Part shown: positions 10,979-19,619 of the stretch, one piece after another | Layout: each line of letters starts with the position of its first letter | Numbering within the stretch: the first letter of the stretch is position 1 | Assembly (NCBI GenBank): GCA_002429115.1 | Contig: DIYS01000015.1 | Span: 1-32,000, forward strand | DNA length: 32,000 nucleotides | Origin: Saccharicrinis sp. UBA6048 | GTDB lineage: Bacteria; Bacteroidota; Bacteroidia; Bacteroidales; Marinilabiliaceae | Reading direction: 5' to 3' | Notes under the pieces: generated by a model | The model's database searches: none | What the model was told of the DNA's origin: nothing | What the model saw: the letters and a program-made list of their open reading frames with translations, nothing else | Program-made: the position numbers and the translations under genes

Positions 10979-12985
10979 CTAGAACAACATTAAAATATGT
11001 GCCGCACTCCAGCTAAAATGACTGGCATTAAGTCCTTCTTTGGTTAACGGATGATAGTTTTCACGGATTGGCTCCTGTGTGAATGCCAATCCTTGTGCAC
11101 TCTCAACCATCTTTTGAGCCATTTGTCGCGCTTCTGTTTCAAAGCCATAGTTATTCATACCAACAATACCAAAATACGCCTGATCGAGCCACACTGGTCC
11201 TCTCCAATAGCCTTTCTGTGGATTAAATTTCTCGTGCGCTGCACTTAGTGTTGGAAATGGCATTGGTGTATTAAATCGAGCTGGATCCATAATTACTTTC
11301 ACCACCTGGGCAGCCTGATCTGCATTGGCCACCTGATTATAAAGTGGTGCCCATCCTTCCGGCCCCTGAATGCGAATTTTGTCTTGACTTTTCAATTCGA
11401 CATCATAGAAGAAACCATCTTCCTCACAATACATCACATCCTGAATCTGTATGTTTAATAACTCTGCTTCAGCTGCATATTTCTCAGCCGTTTCTGCATC
11501 TCCCAGAATATTTGCAATTTCCTGTATGAATCTTTTTTCCTCAACCAAGTAGGCATTCAAATCAACCGACTCCTGGTTAAGCGAATAAGCGCCTTTGCTG
11601 TTTTCGATGATTTCTGCATCATCAAAGCGAACTGCATTATCCATACCACTTTCCCAAGCCGCAGCGATGCGCGTTCCATCGGTTGAACCGTATTCGCACA
11701 AGCCATTTTGATCATGATCACGATTAATGTACCACCATTCATGATACTTTAATAGTTTTGGATACAGCTCTTTTAAAAAATCGATATCCTGAGTTTCCTT
11801 GTAAACTTCGTAAATACACCATCCCGATAGGGGTGCTTTCGTATTGCGCCAGTTGACGCCTTCAATACTCAAATCACGGAAGAAACAATCGGCAATCATG
11901 CCTGATTCATTCTGATAATCGTACATGGCTCTGATCTGATCTTTAGCCAACTCTCCTTCGAATGGCGCAATGGCAACGGCATGTTTCCACGAGTCCCAGG
12001 CCCAAAGCCCCTGAAAGTATGTAGCTGAATAAGATGGAACAATACCCTGATGAAGAATATCACCAGCGGCACTTCTCCAGTTATGAACCAGCGTCAAAAG
12101 TGATTTAACAGCCAGCCTATCGTATTTTTTCACATCAAGAATTGCATCTACCGAACCCTTATTCAATCGATCTATATATCCGTTCCATCGCTTTTCATTC
12201 TCAACAAACAATTGTCCGGCATTTTGAATCAGCTGTTGTGCCTTTGCCAAATAAACCTGTGATTCTTCCTGATTAAAAGTATAAGAGAACGTAGCAGCCA
12301 TCTTATGCACTTCTGAATTGTTCAGCACCACTGCCGGCTCAAGTACCGAGTAACATGTATCAGATAATGTTATATCATTGCCTGCGAATTGCAGGTTTGC
12401 CTGCTCCTTATCATTGATATTGATCTGTAAGCCATTATCAACTGCGCGAATACCTTTTTGAACACCTTCATAGATATCACCTTTCCAGCCGAATTGAATC
12501 GTTCGTTTAGCTCCTGAATTTGTGATATCAGCTTTAATTATTGTGGTACGTTCATTGGCATTAAACAGGTAAAGATTAACATCCAAATCATACACTTTAA
12601 ACGACTGTTGCAATACACCCGGATAGAAGGTATTCTTTATATTCGTTGCACCAGACAAATCCAATAGCTTATCGTTGTCGACATCTTTTATCTGTAAACC
12701 GATAATTGAAGGACTCAACCAATAACTCTCCTGCTGACGCATTAAATACGGTCCGGCAAAACTGCCTAGTAGCGCTTTTTTATCATCTTTTTGCAAACTA
12801 AACGAATGCCAGGTGCCTAAATCTGAGAACGATGAAACGCCGTATTGGAATGGTGTTTCAATGGTACCTTTTACATCTAATACATCTGGATAGCTGTAGC
12901 GTGTTAGCTGTTCGGTTTGAACGGTTGACTTACACGAGAATAATGTTAAGACGATGAGAAATCCGGTGATCGATTTTTTAATCAT
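10979..12985 (-). CDS. GH63-like / MGH1-like (alpha/alpha)6-barrel glycoside hydrolase (YgjK/trehalase-like), lipoprotein
   Basis: Lipobox LTLFSC. Blocks GLWAWDSWKHA, WESGMDNAVRFD, YWRGPVWLDQAYFG and a C-terminal HFSWSAAHILML are typical of the GH63/GH37-clan barrel. The exact family and substrate are not determinable here. Confidence 0.7.
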   Translation of the reverse strand: MIKKSITGFLIVLTLFSCKSTVQTEQLTRYSYPDVLDVKGTIETPFQYGVSSFSDLGTWHSFSLQKDDKKALLGSFAGPYLMRQQESYWLSPSIIGLQIKDVDNDKLLDLSGATNIKNTFYPGVLQQSFKVYDLDVNLYLFNANERTTIIKADITNSGAKRTIQFGWKGDIYEGVQKGIRAVDNGLQININDKEQANLQFAGNDITLSDTCYSVLEPAVVLNNSEVHKMAATFSYTFNQEESQVYLAKAQQLIQNAGQLFVENEKRWNGYIDRLNKGSVDAILDVKKYDRLAVKSLLTLVHNWRSAAGDILHQGIVPSYSATYFQGLWAWDSWKHAVAIAPFEGELAKDQIRAMYDYQNESGMIADCFFRDLSIEGVNWRNTKAPLSGWCIYEVYKETQDIDFLKELYPKLLKYHEWWYINRDHDQNGLCEYGSTDGTRIAAAWESGMDNAVRFDDAEIIENSKGAYSLNQESVDLNAYLVEEKRFIQEIANILGDAETAEKYAAEAELLNIQIQDVMYCEEDGFFYDVELKSQDKIRIQGPEGWAPLYNQVANADQAAQVVKVIMDPARFNTPMPFPTLSAAHEKFNPQKGYWRGPVWLDQAYFGIVGMNNYGFETEARQMAQKMVESAQGLAFTQEPIRENYHPLTKEGLNASHFSWSAAHILMLF

Positions 12986-13322
12986 AGTTGAACTGTTTGA
13001 ATATTTTTCAATTACGAAAATGCATAGCGATCAGGCAAAAACAAAAATTCTTACCTATACCCTGACTATACACGTTTAGCAAGTTCAATTAAACGCTGTT
13101 TATATGCAAGTTATGTAGAATTCGAAAGATTGTTATATGGCAAATTTAAAAGCTAATGTAGGGGTGTAACTCTACAAGATATTCGCATTTAAAGTAGAAA
13201 TGATGAAGTATTAATGGATCACCACGAAGTAACGAAGAATACTAAGAAACTTTGTAAACTTCTTTCTTTGTGAACTTTGAGTCTCTTGGTGGTAAAAATA
13301 AAAACGTTAACTCTACATCCAA

Positions 13323-14873
13323 TCAAAGTTTCATGATAAAATCTTTAATGGAATCACCTTTAGCAATATCTAGTTTCTTACGTAGACGGTAACGACTCAT
13401 CTCAATGGATTTAACCTCGATATGGTGCTTTTCAGCCATTTCTTTCGAAGTTAAGTTGTTTCTGATATCAATAATCAGCTGTATCTCTCTCTCGGTCAGC
13501 TTTGGGTATTTATCCTGTAGTCGATATCTGAAGTCCTTTACAAATTCTTCGGATAAAAGATTGCTCTTTGCTTCCTGGGTGAGCACATTTTCAAACTTTT
13601 TCCAGGCCTCTTTTACTTCTTTGGAGTTTGATTTGCTCACGCTTAAAGCCACTGACTTAAGCATTTCATTTCGCTTCGACATGGTTAAGGCCAAGGTATC
13701 AATGGCCTCGTCTCTATAGGCCAGCTTACTGGTTAATTCAGCCTGTTTCTGTTCCTTTTCTTCCAGTTCGTTATTGAGCAATCGCTGACGCTTTAACGCT
13801 TTGTTAATTCTCGCCCTGAATATCATAAAAAACACCACCAACAATATAACTGACAAAGCAATAATCAGGTAGGTTAGAATACGTCGGTTATGCTGTATCT
13901 CCTTGGCTTGTTTGAGTAATTGCTCATCCTGCGCAATCTTTTCGTTTTGCGCATCCAACAGGAAATTCATCACATTTTTAACTTCCTTATTATTGATCTT
14001 CTCATACAGCTCCATGTATTTGCTCTGGAAGCGAAAAGCTGCTTTTGAGTTACCCACCAACCATTCAAATTGATAGCGTACCTGATAGTATTCGATCAGG
14101 CTAAAGCTATAGTTGGTTTGATAACTGAGCTCTTCAGCTTTTTGCAGAGCCTCGGCACATTTATCCAGTTGCCGGGTTTTAAGATACACGTTTGATAATA
14201 TGGCATAGGATTCTAACAAGGCCGATGCATTGCCTGTACTATTGGCAATGGAAGCATTCAGGTATTCTTCTGCTTTGGCCCAGTTTTCCTGATGATAATA
14301 AACGTTGCCTATATTGGTTTCTAGCGTAGACCGAAGGCTTTTAAAACGTCCATTCTGATTATTCAAAAGAAACAATGCCTGACGAAAATACCCAAGTGCT
14401 TTATGGTACTGCCCGGCATTTAACACATCTAATCCTAGTGCATTGGTGTATCGAATTTCACTTCTCGTGTCTTTTCTCCGCTGCGCCGTTTTTAATGCTT
14501 CTTTATGAAATGGTTCAGCAAGCGTTTCATTACCCATATCAAAATAAACCCACCCAATAGTCGCCAGCAGATCCTGATACACAAGGTTCGTATCTGTTTC
14601 GGCAAACAGCTCTTTCCCTTTTAAACCATAAAACAGTGCCGTATGATACTCATGCTTGTATAAATAGGATTGAGCCAGGTTCCAATAGACCAATGCTTTT
14701 TCCCGGATGTCTTCCCCCTCAAGGTCGGTCAATACCTTTTGCGAAATAAGAATACTGCTGTCGGGTTTAGTTTCCTGCAGTTGTTCCGCCTTTTGCAGTT
14801 GCTGGTGTATAGTTTGTCCATTGAGCGGCAGTAACAAGCCTAAACCGATAATTATGGACAAATAAAGCTTCAT
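13323..14873 (-). CDS. Membrane-anchored TPR-repeat sensor with a C-terminal LuxR-like HTH (one-component regulator)
   Basis: Signal peptide MKLYLSIIIGLGLLLPLNGQ, then roughly 300 aa of TPR-like repeats (A..Y/W...G periodicity). This is followed by a TM helix ILTYLIIALSVILLVVFFMIF, a coiled-coil segment, and a C-terminal LTEREIQLIIDIRNNLTSKEMAEKHHIEVKSIEMSRYRLRKKL. Confidence 0.75.
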   Translation of the reverse strand: MKLYLSIIIGLGLLLPLNGQTIHQQLQKAEQLQETKPDSSILISQKVLTDLEGEDIREKALVYWNLAQSYLYKHEYHTALFYGLKGKELFAETDTNLVYQDLLATIGWVYFDMGNETLAEPFHKEALKTAQRRKDTRSEIRYTNALGLDVLNAGQYHKALGYFRQALFLLNNQNGRFKSLRSTLETNIGNVYYHQENWAKAEEYLNASIANSTGNASALLESYAILSNVYLKTRQLDKCAEALQKAEELSYQTNYSFSLIEYYQVRYQFEWLVGNSKAAFRFQSKYMELYEKINNKEVKNVMNFLLDAQNEKIAQDEQLLKQAKEIQHNRRILTYLIIALSVILLVVFFMIFRARINKALKRQRLLNNELEEKEQKQAELTSKLAYRDEAIDTLALTMSKRNEMLKSVALSVSKSNSKEVKEAWKKFENVLTQEAKSNLLSEEFVKDFRYRLQDKYPKLTEREIQLIIDIRNNLTSKEMAEKHHIEVKSIEMSRYRLRKKLDIAKGDSIKDFIMKL

Positions 14874-14928
14874 AGATGTGGTGAATTTTGTTGATGCAAT
14901 TTAATGATTATAATTATTCAAAAAATGG

Positions 14929-14976
14929 AAGGATCACATCTTTATTTACATATCGCGAATAAAGATACGATCCTTT
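14929..14976 (-). repeat. Copy 2 of the palindromic hairpin family (two adjacent transitions in the left arm)
   Basis: AAGGATCACATCTTTATT(T) ... AATAAAGATACGATCCTT(T). The right arm is identical to copy 1 over 19 nt. The left arm differs by GT>AC. Confidence 0.75.
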
Positions 14977-15001
14977 TTGCGGTCTGATTTATACTCCATA
15001 A

Positions 15002-15026
15002 AAAAAGCCCCAAACTGGGGCTTTTT
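15002..15026 (-). terminator. Rho-independent terminator of the nqr operon (bidirectional shape)
   Basis: AAAAAGCCCCA-AAC-TGGGGCTTTTT: an 11-bp stem with a GCCCC/GGGGC core and a 3-nt loop. In minus sense it is followed by a 7-U run. It lies 10 bp after the nqrF stop. Confidence 0.8.
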
Positions 15027-15035
15027 AAGTATTAT

Positions 15036-16298
15036 TTATGATCCGAAATCATCGAAGTCAACCATCTCATCCGGTACTCCAAGATCGTACAGCATTTTTG
15101 TTACTGCGTCGTTCATCATCGGAGGTCCACATAAGTAGTATTCCACATCTTCCGGCTCTTCATGCTTACTTAAGTACTCGTCATGAATCACCTGGTGGAT
15201 AAAGCCTGTTGCACCATCCCAGTTATCTTCCGGTAATGGCTCAGACAGGGCAATGGTGAATTTAAAGTTCGGGAACTCTTTCTCGATCGCGCGGAAGTGA
15301 TCTTCGTAGAAAATCTCTTTACGCGAACGTGCTCCGTACCAGAAAGTGGCCTTACGACCTGTTTTCAGGGTGTGGAACAGGTGGAAAATGTGCGAACGCA
15401 TTGGCGCCATACCAGCACCACCACCAATAAACATCATCTCACGATCGGTTTCCTTAATAAAGAACTCACCGTAAGGACCAGAAACAGTTACCTTATCGCC
15501 CGGCTTACGTGAGAAGATAAATGAAGAACAAATACCAGGATTCACCTTCTGGAATCCGCCCGCTACACGATCCCATGGAGGCGTAGCAATACGGATGTTC
15601 AACATCACAATGTTACCTTCTGCAGGGTGGTTAGCCATTGAGTAGGCACGGTATGTTGGCTCCGGATTCTTCATCTTAAGATCGAACATGCCGAATTTCT
15701 CCCATTCGCCACGGTATTCATCTTCGATGTCCATATCCTTGAAGTCCACATCAATTTTAGGCACGTCAATCTGGATGTAACCACCCGATTTAAAGTCTAA
15801 GATTTCACCTTCTGGCAACTTCACCACAAATTCCTTAATAAAGGTTGCCTGTCCATCGTTAGATACCACTTCACACTCCCATTTCTTGATACCCATAATT
15901 TCCTGAGGTATCTGCATAGCCATGTCTTCTTTCACCTTTACCTGACAAGCTAAACGCCAGTTGTTGGCTTGCTCCTTACGGGTAAAGTAGCCTGTTTCGG
16001 TAGGTAAAATTGAACCTGCACCACTATCAACCTGACAGCGACACATGGCACATGTACCACCTCCACCACAAGCTGAAGGAAGGAAGATTTTATTATCACC
16101 CAAAGCCGAAAGCAAGGTCTGACCCGGGTCTACCACCAATTCTTTTTCGCCATCGTTAATATTGATGGTTACTTCGCCCGATGGCATCAGTTTTTTCTTA
16201 GCGTACAATAGAATCGACACCAGGGCAAGGATCACCACAAGGAAAATCGCTATACTGGTAAGAATGACCATCGTACTATTTACTGCTAATACTATCAT
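15036..16298 (-). CDS. nqrF: Na+-translocating NADH:quinone oxidoreductase subunit F
   Basis: N-terminal TM helix, 2Fe-2S ferredoxin motif CGGGGTCAMCRC...C, FAD/NAD-binding blocks RAYSMAN and GGGAGMAPMRSH. Confidence 0.95.
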   Translation of the reverse strand: MIVLAVNSTMVILTSIAIFLVVILALVSILLYAKKKLMPSGEVTININDGEKELVVDPGQTLLSALGDNKIFLPSACGGGGTCAMCRCQVDSGAGSILPTETGYFTRKEQANNWRLACQVKVKEDMAMQIPQEIMGIKKWECEVVSNDGQATFIKEFVVKLPEGEILDFKSGGYIQIDVPKIDVDFKDMDIEDEYRGEWEKFGMFDLKMKNPEPTYRAYSMANHPAEGNIVMLNIRIATPPWDRVAGGFQKVNPGICSSFIFSRKPGDKVTVSGPYGEFFIKETDREMMFIGGGAGMAPMRSHIFHLFHTLKTGRKATFWYGARSRKEIFYEDHFRAIEKEFPNFKFTIALSEPLPEDNWDGATGFIHQVIHDEYLSKHEEPEDVEYYLCGPPMMNDAVTKMLYDLGVPDEMVDFDDFGS

Positions 16299-16317
16299 TT
16301 CTAATACGTTTTACTTT

Positions 16318-16953
16318 TTACAACTGAATACCCATGAAACTCATAAATGCCACACCCATCAAGCCAGTTACAATAAACGTAATACCTAAGCCACGCAATG
16401 GCGCTGGTATGTCAGAATATTGAATTTTCTCGCGGATGGCCGCAATACCAACAATTGCCAGTAACCAACCAATACCCGAACCAAATCCGAATACAGTTGC
16501 TTCACCAAGGTTAGCATATTCGCGCTCTTGCATAAACAACGAACCACCTAGGATGGCACAGTTTACAGCAATCAGCGGTAAGAAGATACCCAGTTGAGTA
16601 TAAAGTGTAGGTGCAAATTTTTCAACCACCATTTCCACCAACTGCACCATAGATGCAATTACGGCGATAAACATGATAAAGCTTAAGAAGCTTAAATCAA
16701 AGTTTGCAAAAAGAGGTTCCTGAACACCTAATAAGTTGTCTAACCATACCAAGGCACCTTCGCTTAACACATAATCATTAAGCAAGTAGTTCACCGGCAC
16801 GGTGATACTTAGTACAAAAGTCACAGCCAATCCAAGACCAAAAGAGGTATTCACGGTTTTTGATACTGCCAGGTACGAACACATACCAAAGAAGTAGGCA
16901 AATACCATGTTATCAATAAAGATTGACCGGATAAATATATTTATATAATCCAT
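16318..16953 (-). CDS. nqrE: Na+-translocating NADH:quinone oxidoreductase subunit E
   Basis: 211-aa polytopic membrane protein with typical NqrE/RnfA-like sequence ([20 protein letters not shown]..., AVNCAILGG). Its position in the operon also fits. Confidence 0.93.
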   Translation of the reverse strand: MDYINIFIRSIFIDNMVFAYFFGMCSYLAVSKTVNTSFGLGLAVTFVLSITVPVNYLLNDYVLSEGALVWLDNLLGVQEPLFANFDLSFLSFIMFIAVIASMVQLVEMVVEKFAPTLYTQLGIFLPLIAVNCAILGGSLFMQEREYANLGEATVFGFGSGIGWLLAIVGIAAIREKIQYSDIPAPLRGLGITFIVTGLMGVAFMSFMGIQL

Positions 16954-16971
16954 TTTTCTGCTTTTTTACAA

Positions 16972-17637
16972 TTACGACTCTATCAAATCTTTATCTCTTG
17001 AACGCTGTACCCAGATGATAATACCCACTACAATCAAAGCCATTGGAGGTAGAATCATGAAACCGTTGTTAGCATATCCCCATTGATAGAAGATATCCGG
17101 TACAATTTGAATGGCTCCGATACCTGGTAAAGTAAGGAATCCGGTTCCTAATAGCTCGCGGAAGAAAGCTACCACGATCAGGATAAAACCGTATCCGGCA
17201 CCGTTACCAATACCATCAAGTACTGCAGGCCATGGTTTGTTACCCAAAGCAAAGGCTTCCAGTCGTCCCATGATGATACAGTTGGTAATAATCAGCCCAA
17301 CAAATACCGAGAGCTGCAAACTTACCTCATAGGCAAAGGCTTTCAGCACCTGGTCAACAATAATTACCAATGATGCCACCACTACCAACTGCACGATAAT
17401 ACGAATACGCGAAGGAATGGTGTTGCGCAACAATGATATAATCAGGTTAGAGAATACTGTTACAAACATAACAGAGATTGACAATACGATTGCCGGCTCT
17501 AATTTTACTGTTACCGCTAATGCAGAACAGATACCCAATACCTGAATCGTAATCGGGTTTTGTGCTCCCAGAGGAGTTGTAATCAGCTTCAGGTTCTTGG
17601 CTGAGAACAATGGTTCTTTTTCACTACTCATCGTCAC
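16972..17637 (-). CDS. nqrD: Na+-translocating NADH:quinone oxidoreductase subunit D
   Basis: 221-aa polytopic membrane protein, NqrD/RnfE-like (NPITIQVLGICSALAVT, ITNCIIMGR). Operon position fits. Confidence 0.93.
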   Translation of the reverse strand: MTMSSEKEPLFSAKNLKLITTPLGAQNPITIQVLGICSALAVTVKLEPAIVLSISVMFVTVFSNLIISLLRNTIPSRIRIIVQLVVVASLVIIVDQVLKAFAYEVSLQLSVFVGLIITNCIIMGRLEAFALGNKPWPAVLDGIGNGAGYGFILIVVAFFRELLGTGFLTLPGIGAIQIVPDIFYQWGYANNGFMILPPMALIVVGIIIWVQRSRDKDLIES

Positions 17638-17643
17638 AATATT

Positions 17644-18342
17644 TTAGTTCTTTAAAAACTTTTCATAACCACTCAGGCAGTCTTGCAACATGGTACCTAC
17701 ACCAACACTGGTAATAGTACCACCAGAGATACCATCCACTTTGTGAAGGTCGCCCTGCGACTGTCCTTTTTTCACCACTTCGATAGAAGCAAAAGTGCCG
17801 TTCTCGTCAAACAACTTTTTGCCTTTGAAAGGGTCACGGAACATTGGAGTTGTAATTTCTGCTCCCAGTCCAGGTGTTTCACCTTTGTGACCGAAAGTAG
17901 CACCGAAAACAGTGTTCTTGTCTTCATCTAAGGATACATACCCCCAGATAGGGCCCCAAAGACCTTTACCTCTTACCGGAATCACATATTTAGTGTCTCC
18001 GTTATCAAGTTTACATTCATAAATCGGGTAAGCACGCTCAGTACCGGTTTTCTTAACCTCTTTGGCCATGTCAACTGTAAAGGCATCTAAACCACTTTGC
18101 TTCTCGCCATTGTTATTAACAACGTAAGCATTCGCCCCGATGTATTTCTCGTATTTTGCTTCAGCATCAGCTGCTGTACTCTCAATCTGTACCGATTTCA
18201 GGATGTCCATCTTTTTGGCCACAGCCGCATTTTTATCCTGCATTGGTTTTAACGATTGTGCTAAGAACGCCAAAATGGCCGCTACCACAATCACCATAAC
18301 AGATGCGTACAGAAAAGTATAAGTATTTCCTTGTCTATCCAT
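17644..18342 (-). CDS. nqrC: Na+-translocating NADH:quinone oxidoreductase subunit C (FMN-binding)
   Basis: N-terminal TM anchor. FMN_bind region with the flavinylation motif DGISGGTITS. Operon position fits. Confidence 0.93.
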   Translation of the reverse strand: MDRQGNTYTFLYASVMVIVVAAILAFLAQSLKPMQDKNAAVAKKMDILKSVQIESTAADAEAKYEKYIGANAYVVNNNGEKQSGLDAFTVDMAKEVKKTGTERAYPIYECKLDNGDTKYVIPVRGKGLWGPIWGYVSLDEDKNTVFGATFGHKGETPGLGAEITTPMFRDPFKGKKLFDENGTFASIEVVKKGQSQGDLHKVDGISGGTITSVGVGTMLQDCLSGYEKFLKN

Positions 18343-18354
18343 TTTACTAATTAT

Positions 18355-19530
18355 TTAGGCAGCTACTTTAGCTCGTTTTAAACGACGTTTGATATTTCCT
18401 TGTACCACATAGTGGTCGATAAGTGGCGCGAATGTGTTCATCAATAAGATGGCCAACATTACTCCTTCCGGATAAGCCGGGTTGAATACACGTACCATAA
18501 CGGCTAAGAATCCAATCAGGAATCCGTAAATCCACTTTCCTTTTTCAGTTCGGGTTGCCGATACTGGGTCAGTTGCCATAAATACAGCACCGAAAGCAAA
18601 TCCACCTAATAATAAGTGATGAAGTGCATCTACCTGCATTAACTCATTGGCTCCCCACAGGTTGAATAACAAGCCCATTACGTAACCACCTGCAAAAACT
18701 GAAGCCATAATCTTCCAGCTTCCAATACCAGTATAAATAAGGATAATTGCTCCGATTAAAATGGCTAGTGTTGATGTTTCACCGATAGAACCAGGAATCA
18801 TACCTACAAAACTATGCCAGATATCAAAAGCTCCACCTTCAGCAAACTTGGTCATGTTACCGCTGGCAGCATCACCAAGGGCAGTTGCTCCTGAGAAACC
18901 ATCAACAATACCTTCGCCTTTATCTAAACAAGAGATCCAAACTTTATCACCCGACATTTTTGACGGATATGCAAAGAATAAAAAGGCACGTGCTACTAAA
19001 GCCGGGTTCCAGATATTCATACCTGTACCACCAAATACCTCTTTACCGATGACTACTGCAAAAATTGTTGCTACAGCCACCATCCATAGTGGAATATCAA
19101 CCGGTAACACCAATGGAATTAGCATACCCGATACAAGGAAACCTTCCTGCACTTCGTGGCCACGCATTTGAGCAAACATAAACTCAACACCCAAACCAAC
19201 ACCGTATGATACAATGACGATAGGCAATACTTTTAAGGCACCATGTCCAATCATTTCCCAGAATGTGGCATCCTGCCCCAAAGCAAGGAAATGCTGGTAG
19301 CCTGTATTCCAAATACCAAATAGCAATGCCGGAATTAAAGCCTTCACAACAATTGCCATGGTACGCTTCAAATCGACTGCGTCACGCACATGAACCCCGT
19401 TTTTGTTCGTAGTATTCGGAACAAAGAATAAGGTTTCAAGCGCATCGTAGGTCGAATGAAGTTTCTCAAACTTCGCGCCCTTCTGAACGTGAGGTTTGAT
19501 GTTATCAAATAAATTTCTTAACGCTTTCAA
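18355..19530 (-). CDS. nqrB: Na+-translocating NADH:quinone oxidoreductase subunit B
   Basis: NqrB/RnfD-like polytopic protein with flavinylation motif DGFSGATALG. The N-terminus MKALRNLFDNIKP matches the usual NqrB start but is encoded by TTG (19530-19528). Confidence 0.93.
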   Translation of the reverse strand: MKALRNLFDNIKPHVQKGAKFEKLHSTYDALETLFFVPNTTNKNGVHVRDAVDLKRTMAIVVKALIPALLFGIWNTGYQHFLALGQDATFWEMIGHGALKVLPIVIVSYGVGLGVEFMFAQMRGHEVQEGFLVSGMLIPLVLPVDIPLWMVAVATIFAVVIGKEVFGGTGMNIWNPALVARAFLFFAYPSKMSGDKVWISCLDKGEGIVDGFSGATALGDAASGNMTKFAEGGAFDIWHSFVGMIPGSIGETSTLAILIGAIILIYTGIGSWKIMASVFAGGYVMGLLFNLWGANELMQVDALHHLLLGGFAFGAVFMATDPVSATRTEKGKWIYGFLIGFLAVMVRVFNPAYPEGVMLAILLMNTFAPLIDHYVVQGNIKRRLKRAKVAA

Positions 19531-19552
19531 TGTAAATTAGTTTAATAGTTTT

Positions 19553-19610
19553 CAGGCAGAAGGCAGAAGGCAGAAGGCTATTCTCATCGGTCTTCCGTCA
19601 TCTGTCTTCT
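19553..19610. repeat. CAGAAGG x3 tandem heptamer plus its imperfect inverted complement (GTCTTCC GTCATCT GTCTTCT) in the nqrA-nqrB spacer
   Basis: Three perfect CAGAAGG copies at 19557-19577. Arm 19558-19578 can pair with 19590-19610 across an 11-nt loop. Confidence 0.8.
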
Positions 19611-19619
19611 AACTTATTA

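Noticed and set aside
13216-13300. Purine-rich then pyrimidine-rich stretch (ACCACGAAGTAACGAAGAA...CTTCTTTCTTTG...CTCTTGGTGGT) after the TPR regulator stop, as a possible long terminator hairpin
   Set aside because: Hand pairing gives only ACCAC/GTGGT plus a 5-6-bp inner stem, with many mismatches even when G-U pairs are allowed. I cannot support a defined structure.
18761-19171. 136-aa plus-strand ORF, together with similar antisense ORFs inside nqrA (20388..20792, 20515..20853), lacZ, the GH63-like gene, the TPR regulator and others
   Set aside because: All are embedded antisense within strongly supported genes and have Pro/Ser/Thr-rich or otherwise odd composition. I treat them as shadow ORFs.
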